A stretch of DNA of 64,000 nucleotides from Vulcanimicrobiota bacterium. GTDB taxonomy: Bacteria; Vulcanimicrobiota; Vulcanimicrobiia; Vulcanimicrobiales; Vulcanimicrobiaceae. Location: contig OY968762.1 in the NCBI GenBank assembly GCA_963695225.1, positions 672,001 to 736,000 on the forward strand. The letters are read 5' to 3'. The position numbers and the translations under genes are program-made. Under the pieces are notes generated by a model. The model was not told the DNA's origin, did not search any database, and was given only the letters and a program-made list of their open reading frames with translations. This document shows, piece by piece, positions 19,320 to 32,705 of the stretch; the stretch's first letter is position 1, and each line of letters starts with the position of its first letter.

Positions 19320-20733
19320 AGCGGCCGCACTGCGCACGGAGACGGACCCGCTCGGGGCGCGCACCCTCCCCGCGGAGGCCCTGCACGGCATCCACACGCT
19401 GCGGGCCGTGGAGAACTTCCCGCTCTCGGGCCGCCGCGTCCATCCCGGATTGATTCACGCCTACGGCGCCGTCAAGCTGGCCGCGATCCGGACGATCCGC
19501 GAACTCGGCGGCTGGAGCGCGGCGCCGGAACGGGCGGATGCGCTCGAGCGCGCCTGCCTCGAACTCGCCGAGGGCTCCCTCGACCGCCATGTCATCGTCG
19601 ACGCGCTCCAAGGCGGCGCGGGGACGAGCCTCAACATGAACGTCAACGAGGTGATCGCGAACCGTGCGCTGCTCCTGCTCGGTTTCGCTCCCGGCGACTA
19701 CCACGCGATCTCCCCGCTCGACGACGTCAACCGCTGGCAATCGACGAACGATACCTTCCCCACCGCGCTGCGGCTCGCAGCGATCCGCGGCATCGGGCGG
19801 CTGGAAGAACGGCTCGTCCGGCTCGTGGAGAGCTTCCAGGCCCAAGAGAAGCGGCTCGAGCGCGTGATCAAGGTCGGCCGCACCGAGTTGCAAGATGCCG
19901 TCCTCACGACGCTCGGTCGCGAAATGGCAGCGTACGCGGACGCGATCGGCCGCGACCGCTGGCGCGCCTACAAGTGCATCGAGCGGCTGCGGGTCGTGAA
20001 CCTCGGCGGTACCGCGATCGGGACGGGCCTCGGCGCGCCGCGAGCATACATCTTCCGGGTCGTCGAGCGCTTGCGCGAACTCACCGGGATCGGGTTCGCC
20101 AGAGCCGAGAATCTCATCGATGCGACGCAGAATGCGGACGTCTACGTCGAGGTCTCGGGGATCCTCAAGGCGTGCGCAGTCAACCTCATCAAGATCTCCG
20201 GCGATCTCCGTCTGCTCTCGTCCGGGCCGGATGCCGGCTTCGGGGAGATCCGCCTCCCCGCGCGGCAAGCCGGCTCCAGCCTCATGCCCGGGAAGATCAA
20301 CCCGGTCATTCCGGAGGCGGTGACCCAAGCGGCGCTCGTCGTATCGGCGAACGATCAGGCGATCGCCGCCGCAGCGGGACTCGGCTCCCTCGAGCTCAAT
20401 CCGTTCCTCCCGCTGATCGCGGACGCGCTCCTGGCGAGCATCGATCTGCTCGCCGGCGCCTGCGAGATCCTCGCGCGCGGCTGCGTCGACGGCATCGAGG
20501 CCGACGCCGAGCGCTGCAGGCGCAGCGTGGAGAGCGCGACCGCGGCCGCAACGGCCCTCGTCCCGCTGCTGGGGCACGAGCGCGCCGAGCACATCGCCGC
20601 CGAAGCGGCGGCCGAAGGCCGGAGCATCCGCGAGTTGGTCGTCGGCGGAGGTTTGCTCGATGCGGCGAGCTTCGATTCCCTGATCTCCCCCGAGGCCGTC
20701 TGCCGCCTCGGCAGCCCGGACGTCCCGGGATGA
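19303..20733 (+). CDS. aspA: Aspartate ammonia-lyase (fumarase/aspartase superfamily)
   Basis: QGGAGTSLNMNVNEVIAN, QSTNDTFPT, GRTELQDA, GSSLMPGKINP. Confidence 0.9.
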   Translation: MTSTAEAAALRTETDPLGARTLPAEALHGIHTLRAVENFPLSGRRVHPGLIHAYGAVKLAAIRTIRELGGWSAAPERADALERACLELAEGSLDRHVIVDALQGGAGTSLNMNVNEVIANRALLLLGFAPGDYHAISPLDDVNRWQSTNDTFPTALRLAAIRGIGRLEERLVRLVESFQAQEKRLERVIKVGRTELQDAVLTTLGREMAAYADAIGRDRWRAYKCIERLRVVNLGGTAIGTGLGAPRAYIFRVVERLRELTGIGFARAENLIDATQNADVYVEVSGILKACAVNLIKISGDLRLLSSGPDAGFGEIRLPARQAGSSLMPGKINPVIPEAVTQAALVVSANDQAIAAAAGLGSLELNPFLPLIADALLASIDLLAGACEILARGCVDGIEADAERCRRSVESATAAATALVPLLGHERAEHIAAEAAAEGRSIRELVVGGGLLDAASFDSLISPEAVCRLGSPDVPG

Positions 20734-21965
20734 TCGCGAGCGCGCCGCGCGGGATGCGGCTGCACATCGGCATCTTCGGACGCCGCAACGTCGGCAAGTC
20801 GAGCCTGCTGAACGCGATCGCGCGCCAAGACGTCTCGATCGTCTCCGAGATCGCCGGAACGACGACCGACCCGGTCGAGAAGCCGATGGAAATGCTTCCG
20901 GTCGGGCCGGTGCTCTTCATCGACACCGCCGGCATCGACGACGCCGGCATGCTCGGCGAAATGCGCGCCGCAAAGACGCGCACCGCCTTCGAACGGACGG
21001 ACCTCGGCATCGTCGTCACGGACGGCGACTGGGGGCCGTACGAGGAAGCGATCGCCGCGGCGCTCGCGGAGCGCAACACGCCGGCGCTCGCGGTGCTCAA
21101 CAAATGCGACCTGGGCGCCCCCTCGTCGCGAACCATGGCGCGGCTCGCCGAGCTGCGACTCCCGTTCGTCCGCACCTCCGCGCATCGCGGCGCGGGGATC
21201 CTCGATCTCCGCCATGCGATCGTCGAGAGCGCGCCCGCCGGCTTCATCGCCAACCCCGACATCCTCGGGGATCTCGTCGGCCCGGGGAATCTGGCCGTGC
21301 TGGTCGTCCCAATCGACACGGAAGCGCCGAAGGGGCGCTTGATCCTGCCGCAAGTCCAGTCGATTCGCGATCTGCTCGACAACGACGCGCTCTGCCTCGT
21401 CGTCAAGGAGCGGGAGCTTCGCTCGGCGCTCGATGGGCTGAAGTACCCGCCGAAGCTCGTGGTCACGGATTCGCAGGCGTTCCTCAAGGTCGCTGCCGAT
21501 ACGCCGCCCGACGTGCCGCTCACGAGCTTCTCGATCCTGTTCTCGCGCTTCAAGGGAGATCTCGTCAGCCAGACCGTCGGAGCGCTCGCGATCGATTCGC
21601 TCCGCCCCGGCGACAAGGTCCTCATCGCCGAGGCCTGCACGCATCACCCGATCGGAGAGGACATCGGCCGCGTGAAGATCCCGCGCTGGCTCACGCAATA
21701 CGTCGGCGGCGCGCTCGATATCACGCTGGTCGCGGGGAGAGATTATCCCGAGGACGTGACGCCGTTCAAGCTGATCGTCCATTGCGGCGCGTGCTCCTTC
21801 AATCGCAAGGAGATGCTGAGTCGCATCCTGAGGGCGAAAGCCGCCGGCGTTCCGCTCACGAATTACGGGCTGACGATCGCCTTCAGCCTCGGCATCTTCG
21901 AACGCGCGCTGCAACCGTTCCCCGCCGCGTACGAGGCGTTCGTGGCGGCCCGCGCCGGCGCGTGA
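20730..21965 (+). CDS. hydF: H-cluster maturation GTPase HydF
   Basis: GRRNVGKSS, GTTTDPV, DTAG, NKCD, APKGRLILPQVQ, EACTHH...HCGAC. ATGA overlap. Confidence 0.96.
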   Translation: MIASAPRGMRLHIGIFGRRNVGKSSLLNAIARQDVSIVSEIAGTTTDPVEKPMEMLPVGPVLFIDTAGIDDAGMLGEMRAAKTRTAFERTDLGIVVTDGDWGPYEEAIAAALAERNTPALAVLNKCDLGAPSSRTMARLAELRLPFVRTSAHRGAGILDLRHAIVESAPAGFIANPDILGDLVGPGNLAVLVVPIDTEAPKGRLILPQVQSIRDLLDNDALCLVVKERELRSALDGLKYPPKLVVTDSQAFLKVAADTPPDVPLTSFSILFSRFKGDLVSQTVGALAIDSLRPGDKVLIAEACTHHPIGEDIGRVKIPRWLTQYVGGALDITLVAGRDYPEDVTPFKLIVHCGACSFNRKEMLSRILRAKAAGVPLTNYGLTIAFSLGIFERALQPFPAAYEAFVAARAGA

Positions 21966-23065
21966 GCGACCTCGAAGCGCTGCTGCGGCGCAGCACGTTC
22001 TCCGACGCCGACGTCGTGGCGCTCCTCGAGCTTTCGGCGGACGAGGAGATCGAACGCTTGCGACGGGCGGCCTACGATCTGACGACGGCCGAGATCGGCG
22101 ATACCGTCCATTACCGGGGCCTCGTCGAGATCTCCAACCGATGCGCGCTCGATTGCCGCTACTGCGGAATCCGGCGCGGGAACCGCGAGGTCGAACGGTA
22201 TTCGCTCGGCCGGGAGCAGGTCGTCGAGGCCGCGCTGTGGGCCGCGCAAGCGGGCTACGGTTCGTGCGTGCTCCAGGCCGGCGAGCGGCGCGATCCCGCC
22301 TTCATCGAGTTCGTCGAAGCGTGCGTCCGAGAAATCAAGGCGCGCTCGGCCGGCCCCTCGCTACCCGACGGCCTCGGAATCACGCTTTCGTTCGGCGAGC
22401 AGACTCCCGAGACGTATCTCCGCTGGCGGAACGCCGGCGCGCACCGCTATCTGCTGCGCATCGAGACGACGAACCCGCATCTCTTCTCCCGCATCCACCC
22501 CCCCGCGCAGCGCTTCGAAGCACGGCTGCGGGCGCTCGACGACCTGCGCGAGAGCGGTTACCAAGTGGGGACGGGAGTGATGATCGGGCTCCCCGGCCAG
22601 AGCCTGGCGGACCTCGCCGCCGACATCCGTTTTTTCGCCGAGCGCGAGATCGACATGATCGGCATGGGGCCGTACATCACCGCGCCGGGGAATGCGATGC
22701 TCGACGCCGGCATGATGGAGACGGCGCCGCTTTTGCAGCTCGCGCTCAAGATGATCGCCGTGACGCGGCTCGTCCTGCGCGACGTCAACATCGCGGCGAC
22801 GACCGCGCTGCAAGCGCTCGTCCCGGACGGGCGCGAGCGCGGAATCGCGTTCGGCGCGAACGTCACGATGCCAAACCTGACGCCGCGCGACGTGCGCAAG
22901 AACTACCGCCTCTACGAAGGGAAGCCGTGTATCGACGAAGCTCGCGGCGAATGCCGCGAATGCCTCGAACGCCGCGTTGCCGCGAGCGGGCGGCGCGTCG
23001 GCTGGAATAGTTGGGGAGACTCCCCCCGCTACGGCCGCCGGCTCGCCGGCGCCGCGGCCCGCTGA
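21962..23065 (+). CDS. hydE: H-cluster radical SAM maturase HydE
   Basis: [50 protein letters not shown] overlap with hydF. Confidence 0.94.
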   Translation: MSDLEALLRRSTFSDADVVALLELSADEEIERLRRAAYDLTTAEIGDTVHYRGLVEISNRCALDCRYCGIRRGNREVERYSLGREQVVEAALWAAQAGYGSCVLQAGERRDPAFIEFVEACVREIKARSAGPSLPDGLGITLSFGEQTPETYLRWRNAGAHRYLLRIETTNPHLFSRIHPPAQRFEARLRALDDLRESGYQVGTGVMIGLPGQSLADLAADIRFFAEREIDMIGMGPYITAPGNAMLDAGMMETAPLLQLALKMIAVTRLVLRDVNIAATTALQALVPDGRERGIAFGANVTMPNLTPRDVRKNYRLYEGKPCIDEARGECRECLERRVAASGRRVGWNSWGDSPRYGRRLAGAAAR

Positions 23066-23484
23066 CCCATCGCCTTGACGATCACGCGCTTGGGGCGCCG
23101 TCCGTCGAATTCGCCGTAGTGGACGCGCTCCCAAGGGCCGAGATCGAGCGCCGCGCGCGTGATGGGGACAATCACCTGATGGCCGAGCAGCATCCGCTTC
23201 AGATGGGCGTCGGCGTTGTCTTCGCCCGTGAGGTGGTGGCGGTACTCCGGGCGCGCCGGCGCGAGTTCTTCGAGCCACGTCGTGATGTCCGACCACAAGC
23301 CGGGCTCGTGGTCGTTCACGAACACGCTCGCGGTGATGTGCATCGCGCTCACCAGGACGAAGCCGTCGTCGATCCCCGACTCGCGGACGATCCGCGCGAT
23401 TTCGTCCGTAATGTCGCGAATCTCGTAGCGCTGCGCCGTGTTGAACGTGAGATAGGCCGTGTGCGTCGCCAGTTGTTCGAGCAT
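23029..23484 (-). CDS. yjbQ: YjbQ / UPF0047 family protein
   Basis: [31 protein letters not shown]....EFDG.R. Confidence 0.92.
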   Translation of the reverse strand: MLEQLATHTAYLTFNTAQRYEIRDITDEIARIVRESGIDDGFVLVSAMHITASVFVNDHEPGLWSDITTWLEELAPARPEYRHHLTGEDNADAHLKRMLLGHQVIVPITRAALDLGPWERVHYGEFDGRRPKRVIVKAMGQRAAAPASRRP

Positions 23485-23495
23485 CGCGCGCACTT

Positions 23496-23525
23496 AAAGA
23501 AAAGGCCCGCGGTGTCCCGCGGGCC
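23496..23525 (-). terminator. Intrinsic terminator downstream of rpoB
   Basis: 9-bp stem GGCCCGCGG/CCGCGGGCC with a 4-nt loop, followed on the minus strand by TTTTCTTT. Confidence 0.85.
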
Positions 23526-23549
23526 CTTGCTCCTCGATTCGTACCGGCC

Positions 23550-27449
<3,900 letters not shown>

Positions 27450-27575
27450 GCTCTTTATACTATTCTCTCACTCGACGCGGGTACGGGCCTTTGCTCCGGC
27501 ACAACAATAGGACAACAGGGGACACGCTCCGCGTGCCCGCCTGCGTCCGATATCGACCAAGGGGCATAGACGCCT

Positions 27576-27604
27576 ATGTTAGCACGGGAATCAAGTCCCC
27601 GCAA
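27576..27604 (-). promoter_or_regulatory. sigma70-type promoter for rpoB
   Basis: Minus strand TTGCGG-17 nt-TAACAT with an extended TG. Confidence 0.6.
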
Positions 27605-27623
27605 CTACGCCTGCACCCCGGGC

Positions 27624-27663
27624 AAGAAGAAAAGCGAGGGGCCGACTGGTCGGATCCCCTCGC
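27624..27663 (-). terminator. Intrinsic terminator after the CxxC-x17-CxxC gene
   Basis: GCGAGGGG...CCCCTCGC stem followed by TTTTCTTCTT on the minus strand. Confidence 0.8.
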
Positions 27664-27685
27664 ATTGCCTCTCTAAGCTACCGAA

Positions 27686-28015
27686 CTAACGGTAGTTGCT
27701 GCGCGGCTGGAAGCAGTCGCGGCAGTAGACGGGCTTGTCGCCACGCGGTTGGAACGGCACTTCGGCCGTCTTGCCGCAGCGGCTGCACGTCGTCGTGAAC
27801 ATTTCACGCGACCGGCCGCCTTCCGAGCGACCGCCGCCGAACCCGCCCGAGGCGCCGCCGCCGGCTCCGCGCTGCGCCTTGCGGGCAGCTCGGCAATCCG
27901 GGCAACGGTTGGGCTTGTTCTGAAAGCCCTTGCTGGCGAAGAACTCTTGCTCCCCCGCGCTAAAAACGAAAGGATTGCTACAGTCGACGCAGCTCAACGT
28001 TTCATCGGTATACAT
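27686..28015 (-). CDS. Zinc-ribbon plus CxxC-x17-CxxC domain protein
   Basis: MYTDETLSCVDC..FVFSAGEQEFF..KGFQNKPNRCPDCR, a Gly-rich linker, then CSRCGK.AEVPFQPRGDKPVYCRDCF. Confidence 0.93.
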   Translation of the reverse strand: MYTDETLSCVDCSNPFVFSAGEQEFFASKGFQNKPNRCPDCRAARKAQRGAGGGASGGFGGGRSEGGRSREMFTTTCSRCGKTAEVPFQPRGDKPVYCRDCFQPRSNYR

Positions 28016-28156
28016 AGTAGTACGAGACTCCAGGCGTCCGGTTGGTGACTTCGACTCGCTACGTACCGAGATAGGAGCTACGCTGCTAACTGTGGTGAAC
28101 CGCGCGGGTTTCGAGCTGCGCGATTCCGACGCCGGGGCCATCGCGTAGCTTCACAG

Positions 28157-28165
28157 ACTATACCA
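28157..28165 (-). promoter_or_regulatory. Extended -10 promoter for the CxxC-x17-CxxC gene
   Basis: Minus strand TGGTATAGT about 140 nt upstream of the ATG. Confidence 0.6.
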
Positions 28166-28190
28166 CAAAAGTCGGAAAAGGGAAGGGGGC

Positions 28191-28649
28191 CTAAAGCCGG
28201 CGCTCCATCGTCCGATGGAAGATCCCCGCATCCCACAGCGTTTCACCCGTTCCGGCGAAACCGGCCTCCTCGTAGAAGCGCGCCGCGTGCGCTTGAGCGT
28301 GCAGGCGCGCGAGCGCGTAGCCGCGCCGCCGGGCCTCCGCGGCGAGCGCCGCCAGCAGCTTCGCGCCCGCACCGCGCCGGCGCATGGCCGGGAGAATCGC
28401 CATTCGGCCGATCTGGACGGTCGTCGCATCGACCTCGTAGAAACGGCCCGCGCCGACCGCTTCTCCTTCACTTCGAACCAGGGCGTGAACGGCGAGCGCG
28501 TCCGTCCGATCGTGCTCGTCGACCTCGAGTTCGGGCGGAACGCCCTGCTCCTCGACGAACACGCGAAGGCGAACGGCGAGCGCGTCGCGCAACCGGCCTG
28601 AATCGGTGATGTCGAACAATTCAACCTGCACGATAGCGTGTTCCCTCAT
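28191..28649 (-). CDS. GNAT acetyltransferase (ElaA/YjcF-like)
   Basis: R.RVFVEEQGVP...E.DEHD, IGRMAIL...RRRGAG, LHAQ.HA..FY...GF, DAGI.H..M. Start is ATG 28649 or GTG 28631. Confidence 0.9.
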   Translation of the reverse strand: MREHAIVQVELFDITDSGRLRDALAVRLRVFVEEQGVPPELEVDEHDRTDALAVHALVRSEGEAVGAGRFYEVDATTVQIGRMAILPAMRRRGAGAKLLAALAAEARRRGYALARLHAQAHAARFYEEAGFAGTGETLWDAGIFHRTMERRL

Positions 28650-29517
28650 CGTCGGCAAACCGCGCGAGCCGTATCTTTCCGCAATGCTCGCCTCCATCGC
28701 GGACGTCGTCGACTTCCTCGTCGTCAACGACAACTCCGGGCTCGAGCGCAGCGAGAACGTCGCGGCGCTCGAGGCGAGCGCCTTCGCGCGCGACGGGCGG
28801 CTGCGGATCGTCCGCAACCCCTTCGCCGGCTTCGCGAAGATGCGCAACGACGCATTCGCGCCGCTGCTCGCGCTGCCGCGCCCGCCGCAGTGGCTCATGT
28901 TCATCGATGCGGACGAGGTGCACGGCGAGCAGATCGTCTCGATCGCCCGCACGATCCTGCCCCGTTTGGGGCCCGAGGTCGCGCAACTCGACGGCTACAC
29001 GTACCATTTCTACGGAACCTATCGCTGGATCACCGACGTCGCGCGGCGCATGATGTTCTATCGCTTCTCCCCCGAGTTGCACTGGGTGAACGACGTGCAC
29101 GAGAAGCTCGCCGGCTTGCGCGGCTCGGCGGTCGTCCTGCCGTACGTGTATCACCACTACGGCAACGTGCAACTCCCGAGCCGCTACGCCGAAAAGAACC
29201 TCGTCTACTACGAGTTCGGAAACGCGACGCCGCGCCCGCCCGACCCCGGCTCTGCGACGTACGACGTCTTCCTCGCGAAAGCTGAGGCGCTCCGGCCGTT
29301 CCGCGGCACCCATCCGCGCGCGGCGCAACGCGTCCTGGCCGAAATCGGCGCCGAGAACCGCGAACTTTTCGAGGCTCTCGACGCCGCGTTCGCCGCGCGC
29401 CGGACGCCCGCCGTCCGGCGCCGCGCGGCGCTTTCGGAATTGAACGAGACGCTGCGCGTCCGCCTGCGTTCGCTGCAGCATCCGGGCCTGTACCGGGGTC
29501 CGCTCTCCGCGCGATAG
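28609..29517 (+). CDS. Glycosyltransferase family 2-like protein
   Basis: VVNDN, FAKMRN.A, WLMFIDADE, W...VHEKL, YHHYG. Start uncertain. Confidence 0.8.
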   Translation: MSNNSTCTIACSLIVGKPREPYLSAMLASIADVVDFLVVNDNSGLERSENVAALEASAFARDGRLRIVRNPFAGFAKMRNDAFAPLLALPRPPQWLMFIDADEVHGEQIVSIARTILPRLGPEVAQLDGYTYHFYGTYRWITDVARRMMFYRFSPELHWVNDVHEKLAGLRGSAVVLPYVYHHYGNVQLPSRYAEKNLVYYEFGNATPRPPDPGSATYDVFLAKAEALRPFRGTHPRAAQRVLAEIGAENRELFEALDAAFAARRTPAVRRRAALSELNETLRVRLRSLQHPGLYRGPLSAR

Positions 29518-29561
29518 CGCAGCACGGGGGAGTCTCGCTCCGCGGCTCGAAGCAGCGCGGC

Positions 29562-29924
29562 GTGAACGCCTCGCCGTGCGCGCGTTTCTTGGTGATCGGC
29601 GCGCTCCTCTGTTCGCCCGGCGTCGCCTGCGCGCACGGCAGCTCCCATCTTCCGGCCGCCCCGGGCCGGCAGTCGGCCGCGCGCCCGTTCGGCGGGCGAC
29701 CCGCGTTCTCGATCCCGCTCGGTCCGCACGTCCGCGGCCCGGAGGCAGGTGCTCGCGGCGGAGAGGCTCCGGGAAGCGGGCGCCTGATCGAGAGCATTCC
29801 CAACCCTCACGCCGGCGGGCTCCCGCCGCTCCCGACGCCGCCGTCCGACTTCGATCCGCTCAAGCGCCGGCGGATGGCGCTGCCGCCCGCCGCATCGGCC
29901 GCACCGGCGGAAGCCGAATTCTAA
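29562..29924 (+). CDS. Hypothetical Pro-rich, possibly secreted protein
   Basis: Hydrophobic N-terminus ending ACA-H; fills the gap between the GT2 and NUDIX genes. Confidence 0.4.
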   Translation: MNASPCARFLVIGALLCSPGVACAHGSSHLPAAPGRQSAARPFGGRPAFSIPLGPHVRGPEAGARGGEAPGSGRLIESIPNPHAGGLPPLPTPPSDFDPLKRRRMALPPAASAAPAEAEF

Positions 29925-30382
29925 GCGTCGATCTCGCTTCGGCGCTCTGCGAGCGCGCCGGTGCGGTCCTGCTCGTCGCATCGCGTTACCCGAACCAGCC
30001 GAACTCGCTGTGGACGCTGCCCGGGGGCCGGCGTCGCCAGGGCGAGTTGCTCGTCGATGCGCTCGTCCGCGAACTTCGCGAAGAGACCTCGCTCGAGGGC
30101 GTCCCGGGAGAGCTGCTCTACGTGAGCGAGTCTTTCGATCGCGCGGGCGGCGTGCACGTGCGCAACGCGACGTTTCGCGTCGCCGTGACGGGTGAGGCGC
30201 GGCTCCCGCCGCACGATGCGCACGTCGTCGCGGTCGAGTGGGTCCCGCGCGACGAGCTGGCGGCGCGGCTGACGCTCGCGGTCCTGCGCGAGCCGCTTCT
30301 CGCCGCGCTCGCCGGAGACGAGCGGCGTTATTACGGCTTCGCCGACGCCGGGATTTCGATCGAGTTCTCCGATCCGGCCTGA
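29918..30382 (+). CDS. NUDIX hydrolase
   Basis: WTLPGG...GE....AL.RELREETSL Nudix box. The fold begins at about 29918 (ATT); no ATG/GTG/TTG seen nearby upstream. Confidence 0.85.
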   Translation: MLSVDLASALCERAGAVLLVASRYPNQPNSLWTLPGGRRRQGELLVDALVRELREETSLEGVPGELLYVSESFDRAGGVHVRNATFRVAVTGEARLPPHDAHVVAVEWVPRDELAARLTLAVLREPLLAALAGDERRYYGFADAGISIEFSDPA

Positions 30383-30930
30383 GCGGCGAGATGCGGCGTC
30401 CATTCTTCGCGGCGCAGCCGGTACAGCACCACGTCGACGGGCTTCCCGCGAACGACGGCGCCGTGCCGCTGCACCGAGAGCTGAACGAAGCCGAGGTGCT
30501 TGAGGAGGCGGCGCGAGGCTAGGTTGGCCGGCACGCAACACGCGTCGACCTGTTTGAGCGCGATGGCGGCGAAGGCCGCGCCGATCAGCCCGCCGACGGC
30601 CTCGCGCGCGTAGCCCCGGCCGCGGTGCGCCGCAAGCAAGCTATACCCGATCTCGCCGATGCCTCGCCCCTGGTCGCCGAAGCGCAAGGAGATCCAGCCG
30701 ATCGCACGCCCGGAATCGAGCGGAATGACAAGCCATTCGAAACGGCCGACGGCGCGCGCGTCGAATCGCTTCGGCCGCGCGGCGACGCGCTTGCGGAACT
30801 CTTCGCGCGTGTAGCGCGGAACGTCCTGAAACTCGCGGAGCTGCGCGCTCTGCATGATGCGCCAGAGCGCGTCGGCATTCTCCACGGTCACGGGTTCCAG
30901 GCGCAAGCGCGCCGTCTTCGGCGCGATCAT
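30331..30930 (-). CDS. GNAT acetyltransferase, RimJ/RimL family
   Basis: TARLRLEP, EIGYSL...HRGRGYAREA, N.ASRRLL.HLGF. Confidence 0.9.
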   Translation of the reverse strand: MIAPKTARLRLEPVTVENADALWRIMQSAQLREFQDVPRYTREEFRKRVAARPKRFDARAVGRFEWLVIPLDSGRAIGWISLRFGDQGRGIGEIGYSLLAAHRGRGYAREAVGGLIGAAFAAIALKQVDACCVPANLASRRLLKHLGFVQLSVQRHGAVVRGKPVDVVLYRLRREEWTPHLAAQAGSENSIEIPASAKP

Positions 30931-32612
30931 GGATGGAGTGCGGCGTCCTCGAAATCCCTCACGTTGAGAACCGATTCGGCGCCCGCCGCCGGAACCACTC
31001 GGAACCGCACCGCGTCGCCGGGCCTGGCGAGCAGGGCCGCAGGCCCGCTCCCCGGGGCGACCGCGTAGACTTGCCGGCTCTCACGCAAGGTGAAGTAGAC
31101 CGTACCGTCCGGCGCCGCCGCGATGCGCTCGAGCGGGCCGCCGCGGGCCACGCCCTCCGTTCCGTCGGGAGCCGCGCCGCCGACCGCGGACGACTCGTAC
31201 GCGGCGAGCGCGTCGGCGACGGGGGCCGGACTCGACGCACCGCCGACGATCACGTGCCCCGTCCGCGCTTCGACGAGCGCCAACGACTGGAACTTCCCCG
31301 TGTCGGCGACGAGCGGCACGACCCACGTATTCCGTTTGAAGGCGTCGTACAAGATCGGTTGCGTCGGGATCAGACGCCCCTGCTTGACGAGCGGGTGCGA
31401 GGCGACCGCGCGCTCCGCGCCGGCGGAATTGAACTCCCCGCCCGTCGCCGTGTAGTACGTCAGCGCGCCGCTCACCGTGTCCATGTACGTGAAGCCGGTC
31501 ATGGATTGATCGGTGAGCATCGGCGACGTGTGGTCGACGAACCACACGAAGCGATCCCCGCCCGCGAGCAGGCCGAAGACTTCGTCGCGCGCGGGGACGT
31601 GCACGTCGCGTTTGGCGAGCAGCGAGTTCCACAGGCCGTGCACGTAGAGTCCGAACCACTCGTTGTAGCGGAGCGCGAGCGCGGGCGGGTACACTCGTCT
31701 CACCCAATGCGGCAGCGAATCGAAATCCGCGCGCGCGACGCGCCGCATCTCGCCGCTCGCGGGATCGACGATCACGACGCCCGTGACGCGTTGCCCGCTC
31801 CACCCGATCGTTGGGCGCCCGAGCGTGCACAGATACTGCGGGTCCCCGCGGTCGTCGAGTTGCAGCGCCGTCCCGAGAATCTGCTCCGTGCCGTACCGGA
31901 AGTAGACGTGCCGGTACAGGTTGTCGTTGAGCAACGCGGACGGGATGTAGCGCATCGGCGCGCGCATGCGCAACTCCGGCGTCGCATCGGGGCGCTCCGC
32001 GCTGACGACGATCACCCCCGGGCTCGTGCGGCGCGCGAGCCACTGGACGAGCCCTTGGAATTCGAGCGGCGCGACCCACACGAGCCGGCCGCCCTCGACT
32101 TGGATGTCGTATTTCCCGACCCGGTAGTAGGCGCCGAGCTGGCCGATCACTTTCTCGCCCGCGAAAATCGCCGCTTCCTCGGGCACGACGCGCAGGTGTT
32201 CGAGCGAGGCGTTCGGCGGCGCGGCCTTCGAGATCGTCACGTCCGGGATGTCGCGCAGGCCGCTCGCATCGACGATCGGCGCGAGCGCCAGCACGCCCGC
32301 GAACGCTCCGAGCGCGCCGATCGCGCCCGCGTAGGGGACGAGCGAGGGCTTGCGCAGCGAGACGATCCGCCGCGACGCGATGATCGTCCGGGCCGCGAGC
32401 ACTACGCTGAACCCGACGTTCGGGACCAGCGTCAGCAAGAGCAGGACGAACGCCTGCGGGAAGACGAGCGCCGGCATCTCCGAATAGACGTAGGCCCACA
32501 CGATCGGCACGCCGATCGCGAGGCGGAGCTGCTGGCCGCGCCACCAGCCTGCGGAGAAATCGAGGTTCACGAGGCCGAGCGAGATGAAGGCGGTGGCGAG
32601 GAGGGCGACCAT
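30927..32612 (-). CDS. Conserved hypothetical membrane protein with a large extracytoplasmic domain
   Basis: Several N-terminal TM segments, then about 430 aa of soluble sequence (WVAPLEF, LDDRGDP.Y, P.WV.RVYP). ATGA overlap with the next gene. Confidence 0.8.
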   Translation of the reverse strand: MVALLATAFISLGLVNLDFSAGWWRGQQLRLAIGVPIVWAYVYSEMPALVFPQAFVLLLLTLVPNVGFSVVLAARTIIASRRIVSLRKPSLVPYAGAIGALGAFAGVLALAPIVDASGLRDIPDVTISKAAPPNASLEHLRVVPEEAAIFAGEKVIGQLGAYYRVGKYDIQVEGGRLVWVAPLEFQGLVQWLARRTSPGVIVVSAERPDATPELRMRAPMRYIPSALLNDNLYRHVYFRYGTEQILGTALQLDDRGDPQYLCTLGRPTIGWSGQRVTGVVIVDPASGEMRRVARADFDSLPHWVRRVYPPALALRYNEWFGLYVHGLWNSLLAKRDVHVPARDEVFGLLAGGDRFVWFVDHTSPMLTDQSMTGFTYMDTVSGALTYYTATGGEFNSAGAERAVASHPLVKQGRLIPTQPILYDAFKRNTWVVPLVADTGKFQSLALVEARTGHVIVGGASSPAPVADALAAYESSAVGGAAPDGTEGVARGGPLERIAAAPDGTVYFTLRESRQVYAVAPGSGPAALLARPGDAVRFRVVPAAGAESVLNVRDFEDAALHP

Positions 32613-32705
32613 CGGCGAGGACCCTTCGCCTCGCGCTTGGGAAACCCACCCCGGCCTCACGCCGGGACTAGCGGAGCGTCGTCGAGGGCGCGATCGATCG
32701 GCACG

